Assembly: GCA_038063995.1 (NCBI GenBank)
Contig: JBBTUA010000003.1
Coordinates: 1-63,041, forward strand
Source: Patescibacteria group bacterium
Lineage (GTDB): Bacteria; Patescibacteriota; Minisyncoccia; 2-02-FULL-40-12
Reading direction: 5' to 3'
DNA length: 63,041 bases
Shown here: positions 53,367-62,400 of the stretch, in pieces
Numbering within the stretch: the stretch's first letter is position 1
How the letters are laid out: every line of letters begins with the position of its first letter
Translations under genes and position numbers: made by a program
Notes under the pieces: model-generated
Databases searched by the model: none
What the model saw: the letters and a program-made list of their open reading frames with translations, nothing else
Told to the model about the DNA's origin: nothing

Positions 53367-53380
53367 TCCTGGTGGGCGGA
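53367..53380 (+). repeat. 14 nt direct repeat of the tRNA-Lys 3' end (att-like)
   Basis: tcctggtgggcgga at 53367-53380 is identical to 53203-53216. Confidence 0.8.
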
Positions 53381-53451
53381 TTACAAAAAGAAAAGAGCCC
53401 GTATTCATTTGGTAATAAACACGGGCTGGCGTCGGCGAAAGAGCCTGCGGT

Positions 53452-53559
53452 CTAGGAGGAGATTATCCTCCAAAGCCAAAGGGCTGCAGTAATTACCCCT
53501 GTGGCAAAGACAATGCGATAGCCCCATTCCACAGAACGTTCGTATCTTTCTTGTTCCAT
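53452..53559 (-). CDS. possible 35 aa small membrane protein
   Basis: Hand-translated MEQERYERSVEWGYRIVFATGVITAALWLWRIISS; SD aaggagtga 5 nt upstream. It follows 53595..54092 and precedes a minus-strand terminator (agcccgt...acgggct + T-run, ~53390-53425). Confidence 0.45.
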   Translation of the reverse strand: MEQERYERSVEWGYRIVFATGVITAALWLWRIISS

Positions 53560-53594
53560 GATTTCTCACTCCTTTATCACTGGTCATTATACCA

Positions 53595-54092
53595 CTATAT
53601 TGATAACCAGTAAAGGTAGGCCCAGATTAATACCAGAAGTTCGTAAAAGAACGAGATTACTCTGGTGTGTGTTATAAACTTCAGAGGTTGAGGAGTTGTT
53701 CTAAGTCGGGAGATATGGGCGTCATCCAAGCCCAATGCTTTTTCAATGGTTTCTCCCCTCTGCAGACAGCTGTGGAAGTATAGCTTCCTAATTCTCCAAT
53801 CAAGGAGTTGAAGAGCTATCGTGGTGAGAACGCCGATAAGCGGGATAAACTGAAGAGCTAGGGTCCTCAAATCTCTTAACAGTGCTCCTTCTCCAACTTG
53901 AATACCAAGCTGTTCCTCCGGCATCGTCAGCACATACTGATAGACGCCGACAAGGAACGCCAGCAGGGTGATTGAGAATGCGAGGGTCGCAAATCTCACT
54001 ACCATGAACTGCCTGATAAAAGCCGCCACCTCCCTGTATTCAGTCTGGAGTGATTGTTCTATGTTTCGAGCTTCATTTCCGCTAGGCATCAA
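53595..54092 (-). CDS. hypothetical membrane protein (165 aa)
   Basis: ORF with SD (aaggaggg) and 3-4 hydrophobic helices; GC-richer than the flanking genes; no family recognised. Confidence 0.6.
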   Translation of the reverse strand: MMPSGNEARNIEQSLQTEYREVAAFIRQFMVVRFATLAFSITLLAFLVGVYQYVLTMPEEQLGIQVGEGALLRDLRTLALQFIPLIGVLTTIALQLLDWRIRKLYFHSCLQRGETIEKALGLDDAHISRLRTTPQPLKFITHTRVISFFYELLVLIWAYLYWLSI

Positions 54093-54257
54093 GCCCTCCT
54101 TTGTTAAGTATTTCCGCAGGAAGAGTATATCTTTTCAAGATAAAAATCAATTGTTTTAATCTGCTGCCAAACCCTCAATTCTTCTATAATCTGGTTCCAA
54201 GTGGCTCCTACTGTGTCCTTTCGAAGCTTTAGCGGAGGAGGACGAGGCGGACAATAA

Positions 54258-54641
54258 TCAAAGGCAGGGATTAGAAAACAAATTCCGAACTCCTTCTTTC
54301 AAATCTTTTAAATTTTCAAAGGTTTTTTGAATTAAAGCGGCTCCGGAGTTTTTGTTCTCTTTTATCTCTTCTAGTTTATCTTTAGTATTTTCTAACTTTC
54401 CTTTAGTTTTTTCTGCAGTTTCAATACTTTCTTTAAATCTTTCTTCAATTTTTGATTTTTGCTGTTCCAAATCAATGTTTGCAAGTTTTTCTTTGGCTTC
54501 TTTAGCTAAATTCCCGGCTTTATCGAAGCCGTTTTTTAAAGAATCAAAAATTGGGGCTTTAGTGTTCCAAATATCGCCGCCATACAGTGCTGCGCCGCTT
54601 ATTAGAATCAATGTCAGTATAAGTTTAATCAACCCGGCCAT
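54258..54641 (-). CDS. small membrane-anchored coiled-coil protein
   Basis: 127 aa; N-terminal hydrophobic helix, then Lys/Glu-rich coiled coil. Confidence 0.55.
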   Translation of the reverse strand: MAGLIKLILTLILISGAALYGGDIWNTKAPIFDSLKNGFDKAGNLAKEAKEKLANIDLEQQKSKIEERFKESIETAEKTKGKLENTKDKLEEIKENKNSGAALIQKTFENLKDLKEGVRNLFSNPCL

Positions 54642-55836
54642 AATAATGCTTCTTTAATTCTTCCGGATAAAGCTTCTTTATATTTTTTACCACTTTCGGC
54701 AGAATTTTTAAAACATATTTAAGTTCATCAAGGGTTGTTTGCTTGCCTAAAGAAATGCGGATTGTAGAGCGGGCCTCGGAATCTTTAAGGCCTATCGCTT
54801 TTAAAACATGTGAAGGTTCTATCTGCCTTGAGGTGCAGGCCGAACCTGCCGAAGCGTGGATTCCGGCTTTATCAAGCTGGAGAAGCAGCTGTTCATTTTC
54901 TATTCCTTCGAACGCGGCGCTAATAATATGAGGAACTCTGTCGCGAGGGTTTTCCGGCCCGTTTATTTTTAGTGATGGAAAATTTTTTCGGAGCTCGCTT
55001 ATGAAATAGTTTCTTAGACCTTCTTGTTTTTCTAAATTTTTTTTCTTTTCTGCGTCCGCCAGATCAAAGGCTTTGGCAAAACCGGCGATCAAAGGAGTTG
55101 GTTCAGTTGAAGAGCGCAAACCCCATTCTTGATTTCCGCCGTGAATCAGGGGTTCGACTTTTATTCCCTGTCTGATATACAAAGCGGCAATTCCTTTAGG
55201 GCCGTAAATTTTATGACTTGAAATACTCATCAAATCAACCCCGAGATTATTGACCTTCATGTCCAGGTGGGCGCCGGCTTGGGCCGCGTCAATATGAAGA
55301 TAAGGATAAGTCAAGCCGCTATTTCTAATTTCTTTTATTATCTTGGCGATTTTTTTAATCGGCTGAATAGAGCCGATTTCATTATTGGCATAAATAATCG
55401 AAACTAAAATAGTTTCGGGTTTGATGAATTTTTGAAATTCATCAAGATTAATTAGACCTTCTTTATTGACCGGAAGATAAGTAATCTTAACCCCCTCTTT
55501 TTCAAGGGATTTTATTGTGTTTAAAACAGACGGGTGTTCTATTCGAGTAGTGATAATATGAGATTTTTTGGTTTTATTCAGTGCCCGGATTAGCCCAAGT
55601 ATGGCCAAGTTGTTCGATTCGCTTACCGATGAAGTGAAAGTCAACTCCTGTTTTTTTGCCCCGATAATGCCGACGATTTTTTTTCTGGCTTCTTCAATCG
55701 CTTTTCTAGCTTTCCGGCCGGCTTCGTTAAAAGAAGAAGGATTGCCGTAAATCTTTCCACAATAAGGCTCCATTTCTTTTAAAACCTGTTTGTCGCACGG
55801 AGTTGTAGCGGCATTGTCTAAATACGTCTCTTTCAT
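54625..55836 (-). CDS. cysteine desulfurase (NifS/IscS family, PLP-dependent)
   Basis: YLDNAATTP, the SSHKIYGPKG PLP-lysine motif, and active-site GSACTS. Confidence 0.9.
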   Translation of the reverse strand: MKETYLDNAATTPCDKQVLKEMEPYCGKIYGNPSSFNEAGRKARKAIEEARKKIVGIIGAKKQELTFTSSVSESNNLAILGLIRALNKTKKSHIITTRIEHPSVLNTIKSLEKEGVKITYLPVNKEGLINLDEFQKFIKPETILVSIIYANNEIGSIQPIKKIAKIIKEIRNSGLTYPYLHIDAAQAGAHLDMKVNNLGVDLMSISSHKIYGPKGIAALYIRQGIKVEPLIHGGNQEWGLRSSTEPTPLIAGFAKAFDLADAEKKKNLEKQEGLRNYFISELRKNFPSLKINGPENPRDRVPHIISAAFEGIENEQLLLQLDKAGIHASAGSACTSRQIEPSHVLKAIGLKDSEARSTIRISLGKQTTLDELKYVLKILPKVVKNIKKLYPEELKKHYYGRVD

Positions 55837-55907
55837 ATTTACAAGTGAGGCAGAAATTATAACTTAGAGTTATTTATTTCTGCCGAACGCAGTAAATATA
55901 TGAATTC

Positions 55908-56723
55908 TTATTCATATATTCGAAATAATTCTTTGGTATTTTTAGTTGTCTGTTCAGCGACGAGATTATAGCTTACATTTTTTATCTGGGCAATTTTTTC
56001 GGCCACATATTTTACGTAAGAAGGCTTATTTCTTTTGCTACGGAAAGGCAAAGGCGTAAGATAAGGTGCGTCAGTTTCAAGAAGTATTTTTTCAAGAGGA
56101 ATATACTTTACTATTTCCTCGTATTGTTCGGAGAAAGTGATGATTCCATTCAAGCCAAGACAAAAATCAAGCTCTAAATATTTTTCAGCCTCTTTTTGTG
56201 TGCCGGTGAAGGAATGAATTACGCCGGTCAATTGTTTCCCTTTTATCATATCGGTAAGTTCCCGGTGGGCGTTGCCCAAAGAACCTGTTTTGGCATCCCG
56301 GCAATGAAAAACTACTGGCTTGCCGATTTTTACAGCCAGTTCAATCTGCTGTTCCAGCCTTTCTCTTTGGATTTTTTGGTCTTCTGGTTTTTCGGTTCGA
56401 TAATAATCAAGGCCGATTTCGCCAAAGCCCACAACTTTGTCTTGGTTGAGCAGGGCTTCGTACTTTTCAGGGTTGAATTTTTCTTTGAGATTATTGTTCG
56501 GATGAAGGCCGGCTGTCGCCCAAATGCCGCCTGCCCCGTAGTTCGCCGTAAGCGATGGTTCAATGTCGTATCTTTTTGCCAATTCCAGAGCCTGTTTTGA
56601 TGTTTCAAAATCCGTACCTACGCAAATCATAAAAACACCCTGTTTGAGCGCGTTCTCGATGATTTCATCTCGATCTTTGTCAAAATGCGGAAACTGGGGA
56701 TGGCAGTGAGAGTCAATTAGCAT
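55908..56723 (-). CDS. TatD-family metal-dependent hydrolase
   Basis: LIDSHCH, GEIGLDY, VFHCRDA, ETDAPYL motifs. Confidence 0.9.
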   Translation of the reverse strand: MLIDSHCHPQFPHFDKDRDEIIENALKQGVFMICVGTDFETSKQALELAKRYDIEPSLTANYGAGGIWATAGLHPNNNLKEKFNPEKYEALLNQDKVVGFGEIGLDYYRTEKPEDQKIQRERLEQQIELAVKIGKPVVFHCRDAKTGSLGNAHRELTDMIKGKQLTGVIHSFTGTQKEAEKYLELDFCLGLNGIITFSEQYEEIVKYIPLEKILLETDAPYLTPLPFRSKRNKPSYVKYVAEKIAQIKNVSYNLVAEQTTKNTKELFRIYE

Positions 56724-56741
56724 GTTTATCGATTTCCAAGA

Positions 56742-57116
56742 CTAATACTTTTTTCTGCCGTTCCAGAAAAGTAAAGCCAGGGCTGAACCGATAAGACCGA
56801 TATCGCGGACAGTCACTTCATTCAGGCCAAAGGAAACAATCACGGTTAAAAGGAATAAAACTGCAAATAAAGCGAGCAGTTTCACAAAGATATTGAATAC
56901 AAAACCAAGCCCCAAAACTATTTCGAATATCCCGTTGGCATAGATAAAGTTCAGGGCTCCGATATTGAACCGGCTAAGCAGGGATTGAAACCATAAAGGC
57001 GTCCAGGCATTGATCCAGTAGTCGGGATGGATGAATTTATCTATGCCAAGCCAAAAAAAGACAAAGGCGAGGCCAAGGCGCAGGAACAGATTAGAAATTT
57101 TAGTCGAGTTGAACAT
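56742..57116 (-). CDS. DoxX-family membrane protein
   Basis: 124 aa; four hydrophobic helices with an RLGLAFVFFW.G.DKF motif. Confidence 0.65.
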   Translation of the reverse strand: MFNSTKISNLFLRLGLAFVFFWLGIDKFIHPDYWINAWTPLWFQSLLSRFNIGALNFIYANGIFEIVLGLGFVFNIFVKLLALFAVLFLLTVIVSFGLNEVTVRDIGLIGSALALLFWNGRKKY

Positions 57117-57180
57117 TTAAATTATTTCTTGAATTAAGAATACAAAAAATCAGAGATTAAGAGAATGGTTGAAAAGCTTG

Positions 57181-57254
57181 GGTGAGTGATGGGATTTGCA
57201 CCCATGATCTCCTCGGCCACAGCGAGGCGCTTTGGCTGCTAAGCTACACCCACC
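57181..57254 (-). tRNA. tRNA-His (anticodon GTG) with encoded G-1
   Basis: Reverse complement: G-1 + acceptor gtgggtg/cactcac + C73, anticodon arm cctcg-ctgtggc-cgagg, T-arm atggg-tgcaaat-cccat. Confidence 0.85.
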
Positions 57255-57257
57255 ATC

Positions 57258-57329
57258 CGCCCCTGGAGGGATTTGAACCCCCACTAACTGCTCCGAAGGC
57301 AGTCGTGATATCCGTTTCACTACAGGGGC
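57258..57329 (-). tRNA. tRNA-Arg (anticodon TCG)
   Basis: Reverse complement: acceptor gcccctg/caggggc, D-arm gtga-aacggata-tcac, anticodon arm actgc-cttcgga-gcagt. Confidence 0.8.
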
Positions 57330-57349
57330 ATTTACAGATTTTCTATTTT

Positions 57350-57442
57350 AAAACAAAAACTCGGTTTTTTCAATCCCGAACGAAGCCGCGAGGGCTCGCA
57401 GCGTGCCTCTGCTTCGTACGGGATCAACCGAGTTTTTGTTTT
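57350..57442. terminator. 93 nt long hairpin (bidirectional terminator-like)
   Basis: aaaacaaaaactcggtt (57350-57366) is the perfect reverse complement of 57426-57442. An inner stem atcccg.acgaagc/gcttcgt.cgggat surrounds a GC-rich core. Confidence 0.55.
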
Positions 57443-57447
57443 CTGAT

Positions 57448-58029
57448 TTACGAGACGATTTCAATTCTAACCACTTTTATTCCGAATTCCTTGGCTAGTT
57501 CTCTTTCTGGAAACCAGATGTCAATATTCAGCCAATAGCGGCTGTTCATCCGGTCTTCGACAATAAAGGTTTTGTCGCCGAAAAGATCCGGCATTTTGAT
57601 TATCGTACCAAGAGGCAGAAAGTTGGCTGCGATAACTCCTTCCCGGACATGAGTTCCCGCGGCCGTAATAAAGGGTGTATGGTCGGTTTGGTCCGGAGTC
57701 GAAGAATAAGCTGTGGCCGCGACAGTATAGAACCTTTTCGGCATATAGGTTTTAGGCGTTTTAATTGGCAGGCTGGCTAAGACGCTGTCATTCTGGATAA
57801 GCGGCAAACCAAAGTAATTCTGATTTTCCAAAAACAGAATTTCGTTTATTTTCTCTTTAGCCAAAGTCTTAGCCATTCCAAGGGGGTTAAAAATATCCCA
57901 AAACCCAGCTTGGGCGTATAAAGGATTAACCATGGAGCTGGCTATTAAAACCGCCGAAACTATAAGTTTTCTAGTATTCATCCCGTTAGAAGTTTTACAG
58001 ATCGTCCACCGCTTTAAACTGGTGACCAA
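57448..58029 (-). CDS. 3D-domain (MltA/RlpA-like double-psi beta-barrel) cell-wall protein
   Basis: Signal-like N-terminus. C-terminal ATAYS....QTD..P.ITA.GT.V..GVIAAN.LP.GT.I......G...F.VEDRM motif typical of 3D domains. Confidence 0.7.
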   Translation of the reverse strand: MVTSLKRWTICKTSNGMNTRKLIVSAVLIASSMVNPLYAQAGFWDIFNPLGMAKTLAKEKINEILFLENQNYFGLPLIQNDSVLASLPIKTPKTYMPKRFYTVAATAYSSTPDQTDHTPFITAAGTHVREGVIAANFLPLGTIIKMPDLFGDKTFIVEDRMNSRYWLNIDIWFPERELAKEFGIKVVRIEIVS

Positions 58030-58104
58030 AGTTATAAAACTTCATATTACTTAATTCGTGTTTATTCCCGTTAGGGTTAACTTCTAACGGGATTCATTTA
58101 AGTT

Positions 58105-58131
58105 AAAAAGCCTGTTTCTAACAGGCTTTTT
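58105..58131. terminator. bidirectional rho-independent terminator
   Basis: aaaaagcctgt-ttcta-acaggcttttt. A second hairpin aaaagcgc-ctta-gcgctttt lies just downstream (~58137-58157). Confidence 0.7.
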
Positions 58132-58185
58132 CCACTAAAAAAGCGCCTTAGCGCTTTATACCTTCATATTAGCAGAGGGGGTGCC

Positions 58186-58668
58186 TTATGTCAAATTTTG
58201 TTTTCTTCGGAAGGGCCAGAAGATTTTAAGCATTTTTACGCCGGGTTTGGCGGAAATAATCAGAAAAAAGACTCCTAGTATTATTAGAATGCCGTCATAA
58301 CTCCATCGTGCCGGGTCGCTTTCTTCAAGATTAAGCCACATAGCGAATTCGTCAAAAGCAAGGCCCAAACCAAATCCGTGCAGAAGAGATATTAAATATT
58401 TGTTTCGAGGACTGCTGAATACCAGAGCTAAATATCCGGAAATAGCCAAAAAAATAATTCCATATGCATAATGATGGATGCGAAAATTGGCAGTGGGCAA
58501 GAACAGAAATTGCACTTCAGGGGCAAAATAACTCAATAATCTAGCGATACTGAAAGTCAAAATAAATGTTATAGCAATCGGGAATATTAGATATAAGTAA
58601 AGACCGGGTTCATTGTTTTCAACTCGGTGATGGATGGCTGTCCTCATTTTTCGAAAAACAAATAGCAT
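58186..58668 (-). CDS. hypothetical polytopic membrane protein
   Basis: The ORF track start 58737 overlaps tRNA-Gly, so the internal ATG at 58668 (MLFVFRKM..) is preferred; 4-5 hydrophobic helices. Confidence 0.55.
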   Translation of the reverse strand: MLFVFRKMRTAIHHRVENNEPGLYLYLIFPIAITFILTFSIARLLSYFAPEVQFLFLPTANFRIHHYAYGIIFLAISGYLALVFSSPRNKYLISLLHGFGLGLAFDEFAMWLNLEESDPARWSYDGILIILGVFFLIISAKPGVKMLKIFWPFRRKQNLT

Positions 58669-58680
58669 TTTGTTATTTTG

Positions 58681-58751
58681 AGCGGGCGAGGAGGATCGAA
58701 CTCCCGTACCCGGCTTGGCAAGCCGGTTCATTACCACTATGATACGCCCGC
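58681..58751 (-). tRNA. tRNA-Gly (anticodon GCC)
   Basis: Reverse complement: acceptor gcgggcg/cgcccgc, anticodon arm ccggc-ttgccaa-gccgg, T-arm gggag-ttcgatc-ctcct. Confidence 0.85.
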
Positions 58752-58766
58752 AATTTTAAAATCCAG

Positions 58767-58838
58767 TGCCGGGACGGTGAATCGAACACCGGACGCCATC
58801 CTCTTCAGGGATGCGCTCTACCACTGAGCTATCCCGGC
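58767..58838 (-). tRNA. tRNA-Phe (anticodon GAA)
   Basis: Reverse complement: acceptor gccggga/tcccggc, D-arm agctcagtggtagagc, anticodon arm catcc-ctgaaga-ggatg. Confidence 0.88.
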
Positions 58839-58846
58839 TCATGCAT

Positions 58847-59086
58847 TCATATTTTATATGTTTTTTCTGTTCTTCTTTCAATAGCTAATATAAAAATAAT
58901 TTTATTTTTTGTTCTAAAAATTATTCGCAGATTTCCTTTGCGGACTCTGTAAATGTCTTGATGGCCCTTTAGCTTTTTAATATTCAAGCCGCGCCATTTA
59001 AAAGAAATAATCTTTTCAACCAAGAGTTCTAAAAGTTTTCTTTCCTTTTTGTTGAACTTGGAGAGAAGCTTGTTTAAATCAGGCAT
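58847..59086 (-). CDS. RelE/ParE-family type II toxin
   Basis: 79 aa; C-terminal pattern YRVRKGNLRIIF......I.ILAIERR...Y. It overlaps the upstream antitoxin ORF by 8 nt. Confidence 0.7.
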   Translation of the reverse strand: MPDLNKLLSKFNKKERKLLELLVEKIISFKWRGLNIKKLKGHQDIYRVRKGNLRIIFRTKNKIIFILAIERRTEKTYKI

Positions 59087-59321
59087 TCAATTTGCGGAGT
59101 TCTTTCAATATTTTCCGGGCGGATATGCCATTTTTATTTATATTCGTAAAATCAATCACGGTTTCCCATTTTTCTTCTGATTCGGGCGGGATGATTTTAA
59201 AAACCGGTTTCGATTTTTTAACAACAATAAAAGATTCCCCCTTTTTTATGCGGTTAAGATATTTTTCCAGATTTTCACGCAGTTCTTTGACGCCGATCAG
59301 ATGTTCCATAATTTGATTCAA
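59079..59321 (-). CDS. Phd/YefM-type antitoxin
   Basis: 80 aa; N-terminal IGVKELRENLEKYLNRIKKGESFIVVKKSKPVFKIIP, typical of prevent-host-death antitoxins. Confidence 0.7.
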   Translation of the reverse strand: MNQIMEHLIGVKELRENLEKYLNRIKKGESFIVVKKSKPVFKIIPPESEEKWETVIDFTNINKNGISARKILKELRKLNA

Positions 59322-59356
59322 GTTTAACTTAAGTTAAACTTGAAGTCAATAAATTA

Positions 59357-59428
59357 AGCCGGAGGCGAGATTCGAACTCGCGACTTGCTGTTTACGAAAC
59401 AGCTACTCTACCACTGAGTTACTCCGGC
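59357..59428 (-). tRNA. tRNA-Thr (anticodon CGT)
   Basis: Reverse complement: acceptor gccggag/ctccggc, anticodon arm gctgt-ttcgtaa-acagc, T-arm gcgag-ttcgaat-ctcgc. Confidence 0.85.
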
Positions 59429-59499
59429 AGAAAGGAATACAGATATATCAAAATTTAGAGCAAGATAATTCTAGCCGTTTTTTGAGATTTTTTCAACCT

Positions 59500-62400
59500 T
59501 TATTCCGTTGGAGTTGGTTCTGGAATAGGTGTGGCTGTAGGTTCCGGCGTGGGTTCCGGGGTTGGACTCGGGGTGGGTTCTGGAGTAGGAGTTGGTTCCG
59601 GGGTTGCCGAAGGCGAAGCCGTAGATTCTGGGTTTATCGAAGGAGTGATTTCAGACGTTGGTTCTGGAATAGGTTCTGGCGTGGGCGATTCGCTTGGCAC
59701 TGGCGCCGTCAACGGCTCAACGGGTTGAGCCGTTGGACTTGGCGTTGGAACCGGCGTCTGGATTATTTGGCTGCTGTTTTCCAATAATGCTTTCAACTGT
59801 TCCTTACTCACGCAAACTTCTTCAAGGCATAATTCTTTGGCCGTTATTTTATCCGTAAAAATCTCCGCTACTTTCAGCAGCCCATTCTCAAACACTATAT
59901 TCATCGCTTCATAGAATTTCTTGACGATGGATTTGAAAAGGATGTCAAGATCAAAAATTGCTCCTGAATCAAGGCCGAGAGAATCATTTTGGGCCGACAA
60001 CGAAGCTATTTTTAAATCAAGTTCCTGGATTGCTTTGACCGTTAAAGCGGTGAGATGGGCGTAGTCTATACTCTCAACTTGTCCGTTCTGCCAGATGATT
60101 GCTTCGGGAATAATTTCGTTTAATTCTTCGGCGATGAAGCCGATTCTTCTCTTGGTTCGGTCATCGATCAGGGAAAGACTGGAGGAGGCAGTGGAGTCTT
60201 TGATGTAGTTGAAGAAGACCGGATTGAGCTTGGTTATTTCTTCAAGGCCATATCCCAGGCTCTCAATATTCTCTTTATACCGGCGGGAAGAAATCCCACA
60301 GGCGCCGTTCACCAGCTCCAATTCTCCGGTGGAAGCGATGGCGCAGACGGTTCTATCATCAGTTACAGAACTTAACTTGGTTAAGAAAACCCTTCCTGAT
60401 ATTGAGGCTACTCCTGCAAATGAGGCTGAACCGTCGATTTCAAGGTCTCCAGAGATCAACAGATCATTGGAAGAGGAAATATAGTTTGAATGGCCGGTGG
60501 TTGATGAGCCGAAACGAGAATATGAGGCAGTTGCCGTATTTCCTACCTGCAGACCTTCCCTGAAGATGACATCGCTTACTACATCAAGCTTGGCTCCGGG
60601 TGCCGTCGTCCCGATGCCTATATTCCCTGCCTCTGTTATTCTCATTCTTTCTGATGGCGTCGCGGCAACATCAGTAGATGTTGTTCTGAAGATCAGTCTG
60701 CCCGGATTTATATCTGTTGAAATAGTATTCGTGGCCTGGGCTTCGATATCGGCAACTACAAAGTTGGTGGTAGATTGGGTGTCTATCGCATAGAATTGAA
60801 GTTTGCCTACTGAATCGTTAGCAGTCACTGTAATATCTGATCTTTTTGCGGTAATGACACCCCCGGTTCCGGCAGCTACATCCAGCAAAGAAGCCGGTGC
60901 CGTGGTCCCGATGCCGACGTTGCCGGCGGATTCTATTCTTATCCGTTCCGCGAATGTGCCGCTGCCATCCGGTACAGTGGAGAACGTCAAATACCCGGGG
61001 ACATCGCTTGTATCCCCGGCTGTTCCATGTTCAGCCGCAGCGTATCCTATAATGGCGGCAGCAGAGCCGAATCCATCGTCGTATCCCATAAAACCTAACT
61101 GACCGAGTACATCATCAGTCTGTGGAGGAGTTGGGGCGGATAAGGTACCTCTGGCATTGGCCATTTCTACAATAGCCCTTATACTAGTTCCGTAGCTTGT
61201 GGAACGGATTCTTGCTGATGTTCCATTAGGAGCGGTGACTTCAAGGTGAGTCGCCGGTGCTGTCGTCCCAATTCCCACATTCCCGGTTTTCCCTCCTGTT
61301 CCGACAAAAAGCGCATTGGAAATGGATGCCGGTCCGGCGAAAGCAATCGAACCGACCCCGTATAAATCACCGGAAATAAGAAGATCACTGCTTCCGGTTA
61401 TCCAATTACCGGCTGGGTTGGTAGTAAGAGTTGATGTCCCAAACCTTGAATATGCCACCGAAGCAAAACCTCCGACTTGCAAAGTATTCCCAGTGAGAAG
61501 GTAAGAGGAAGAGGCTGTTCCTTGGACTTCGAATTTGGTTTGAGGGGTGGTGGTGTTAACACCGACATTGCCACCTGACAAAACATTAAACTTAGTATTT
61601 ATATCAAGTAAGCCGACTGGGCTTGTCGTCCCTATCCCAACATTCCCATCACTCAATATCGTCAATCTCTCACTGCCCAAGGTAGAGAACCCCAGAGCAT
61701 TAACTGCACGTCTGAACATCCCCGTGTCTTGGTCAATGGCAAAAGCAAAGGAAGGAGAAGCGGCGGTGCCGGGTTGAGCGTAGAAAAGAGAAGCAGAAGC
61801 AGTTCCTCCAAAGTTGGCTGTGCCGTCAAAGTAACTATTGCCGTCAACTTCAAGATCTCCAGAGATTAAGAGATCATTTGTGGTGGTGATGTTTCCTGAA
61901 TGAGTAGTCGTATTTGTCCCAAACCTTGAATACGCCACCGAAGCAAATCCTCCGACTTGCAAAGTATTCCCAGTGAGAAGGTATGATGCAGAAGCCGTAC
62001 CTTGGACTTCAGCTCTGCCAGCAGAGACTAAGAGAGCCAGACCAGTAGAAGAAAAGGTGGTTGAACCAGAAAAGGTATTAGCCCCGGTCCCGGTTTGAGT
62101 GTAGGCTCCGTCAGCAGCAATGGTTCCGATACCAGAAAGATTACCGGTATTGGTAATATCCCAATCCGAGGTATTAATCTCTCCAGTATCACCACTATCC
62201 CCAAAGATGAATCTGCCTGCTGTTTGGAAGTTGCCAGAGACAGAAGCCTTGCCGTCAAAGAAAGTGTTGCCGTCTACTTCAAGATCTCCAGAGATTAAAA
62301 GATCATTAGTAGTGGTTAGGTCATTTGAGTAAGATGTTGTCCCCGTCCCAAACCTTGAATATGCCGCCGAAGCAAAACTCCCCACTTGCAGAGTATTTCC

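Noticed and set aside
53405-53587. 60 aa minus-strand ORF from the ORF track
   Set aside because: It has no SD and implausible, Cys/Arg-rich sequence. A different frame in the same place gives a 35 aa TM peptide with a good SD, which I preferred, though still at low confidence.
57182-57538. 118 aa plus-strand ORF
   Set aside because: It overlaps two minus-strand tRNA genes and the long hairpin.
59482-59787. 101 aa Arg/Trp-rich ORF, together with the many 60-100 aa plus-strand ORFs between 60.2 and 62.7 kb
   Set aside because: These are antisense shadow frames of the giant minus-strand gene. Their composition (RW-rich, low complexity) reflects its Pro/Thr/Gly-rich codons.
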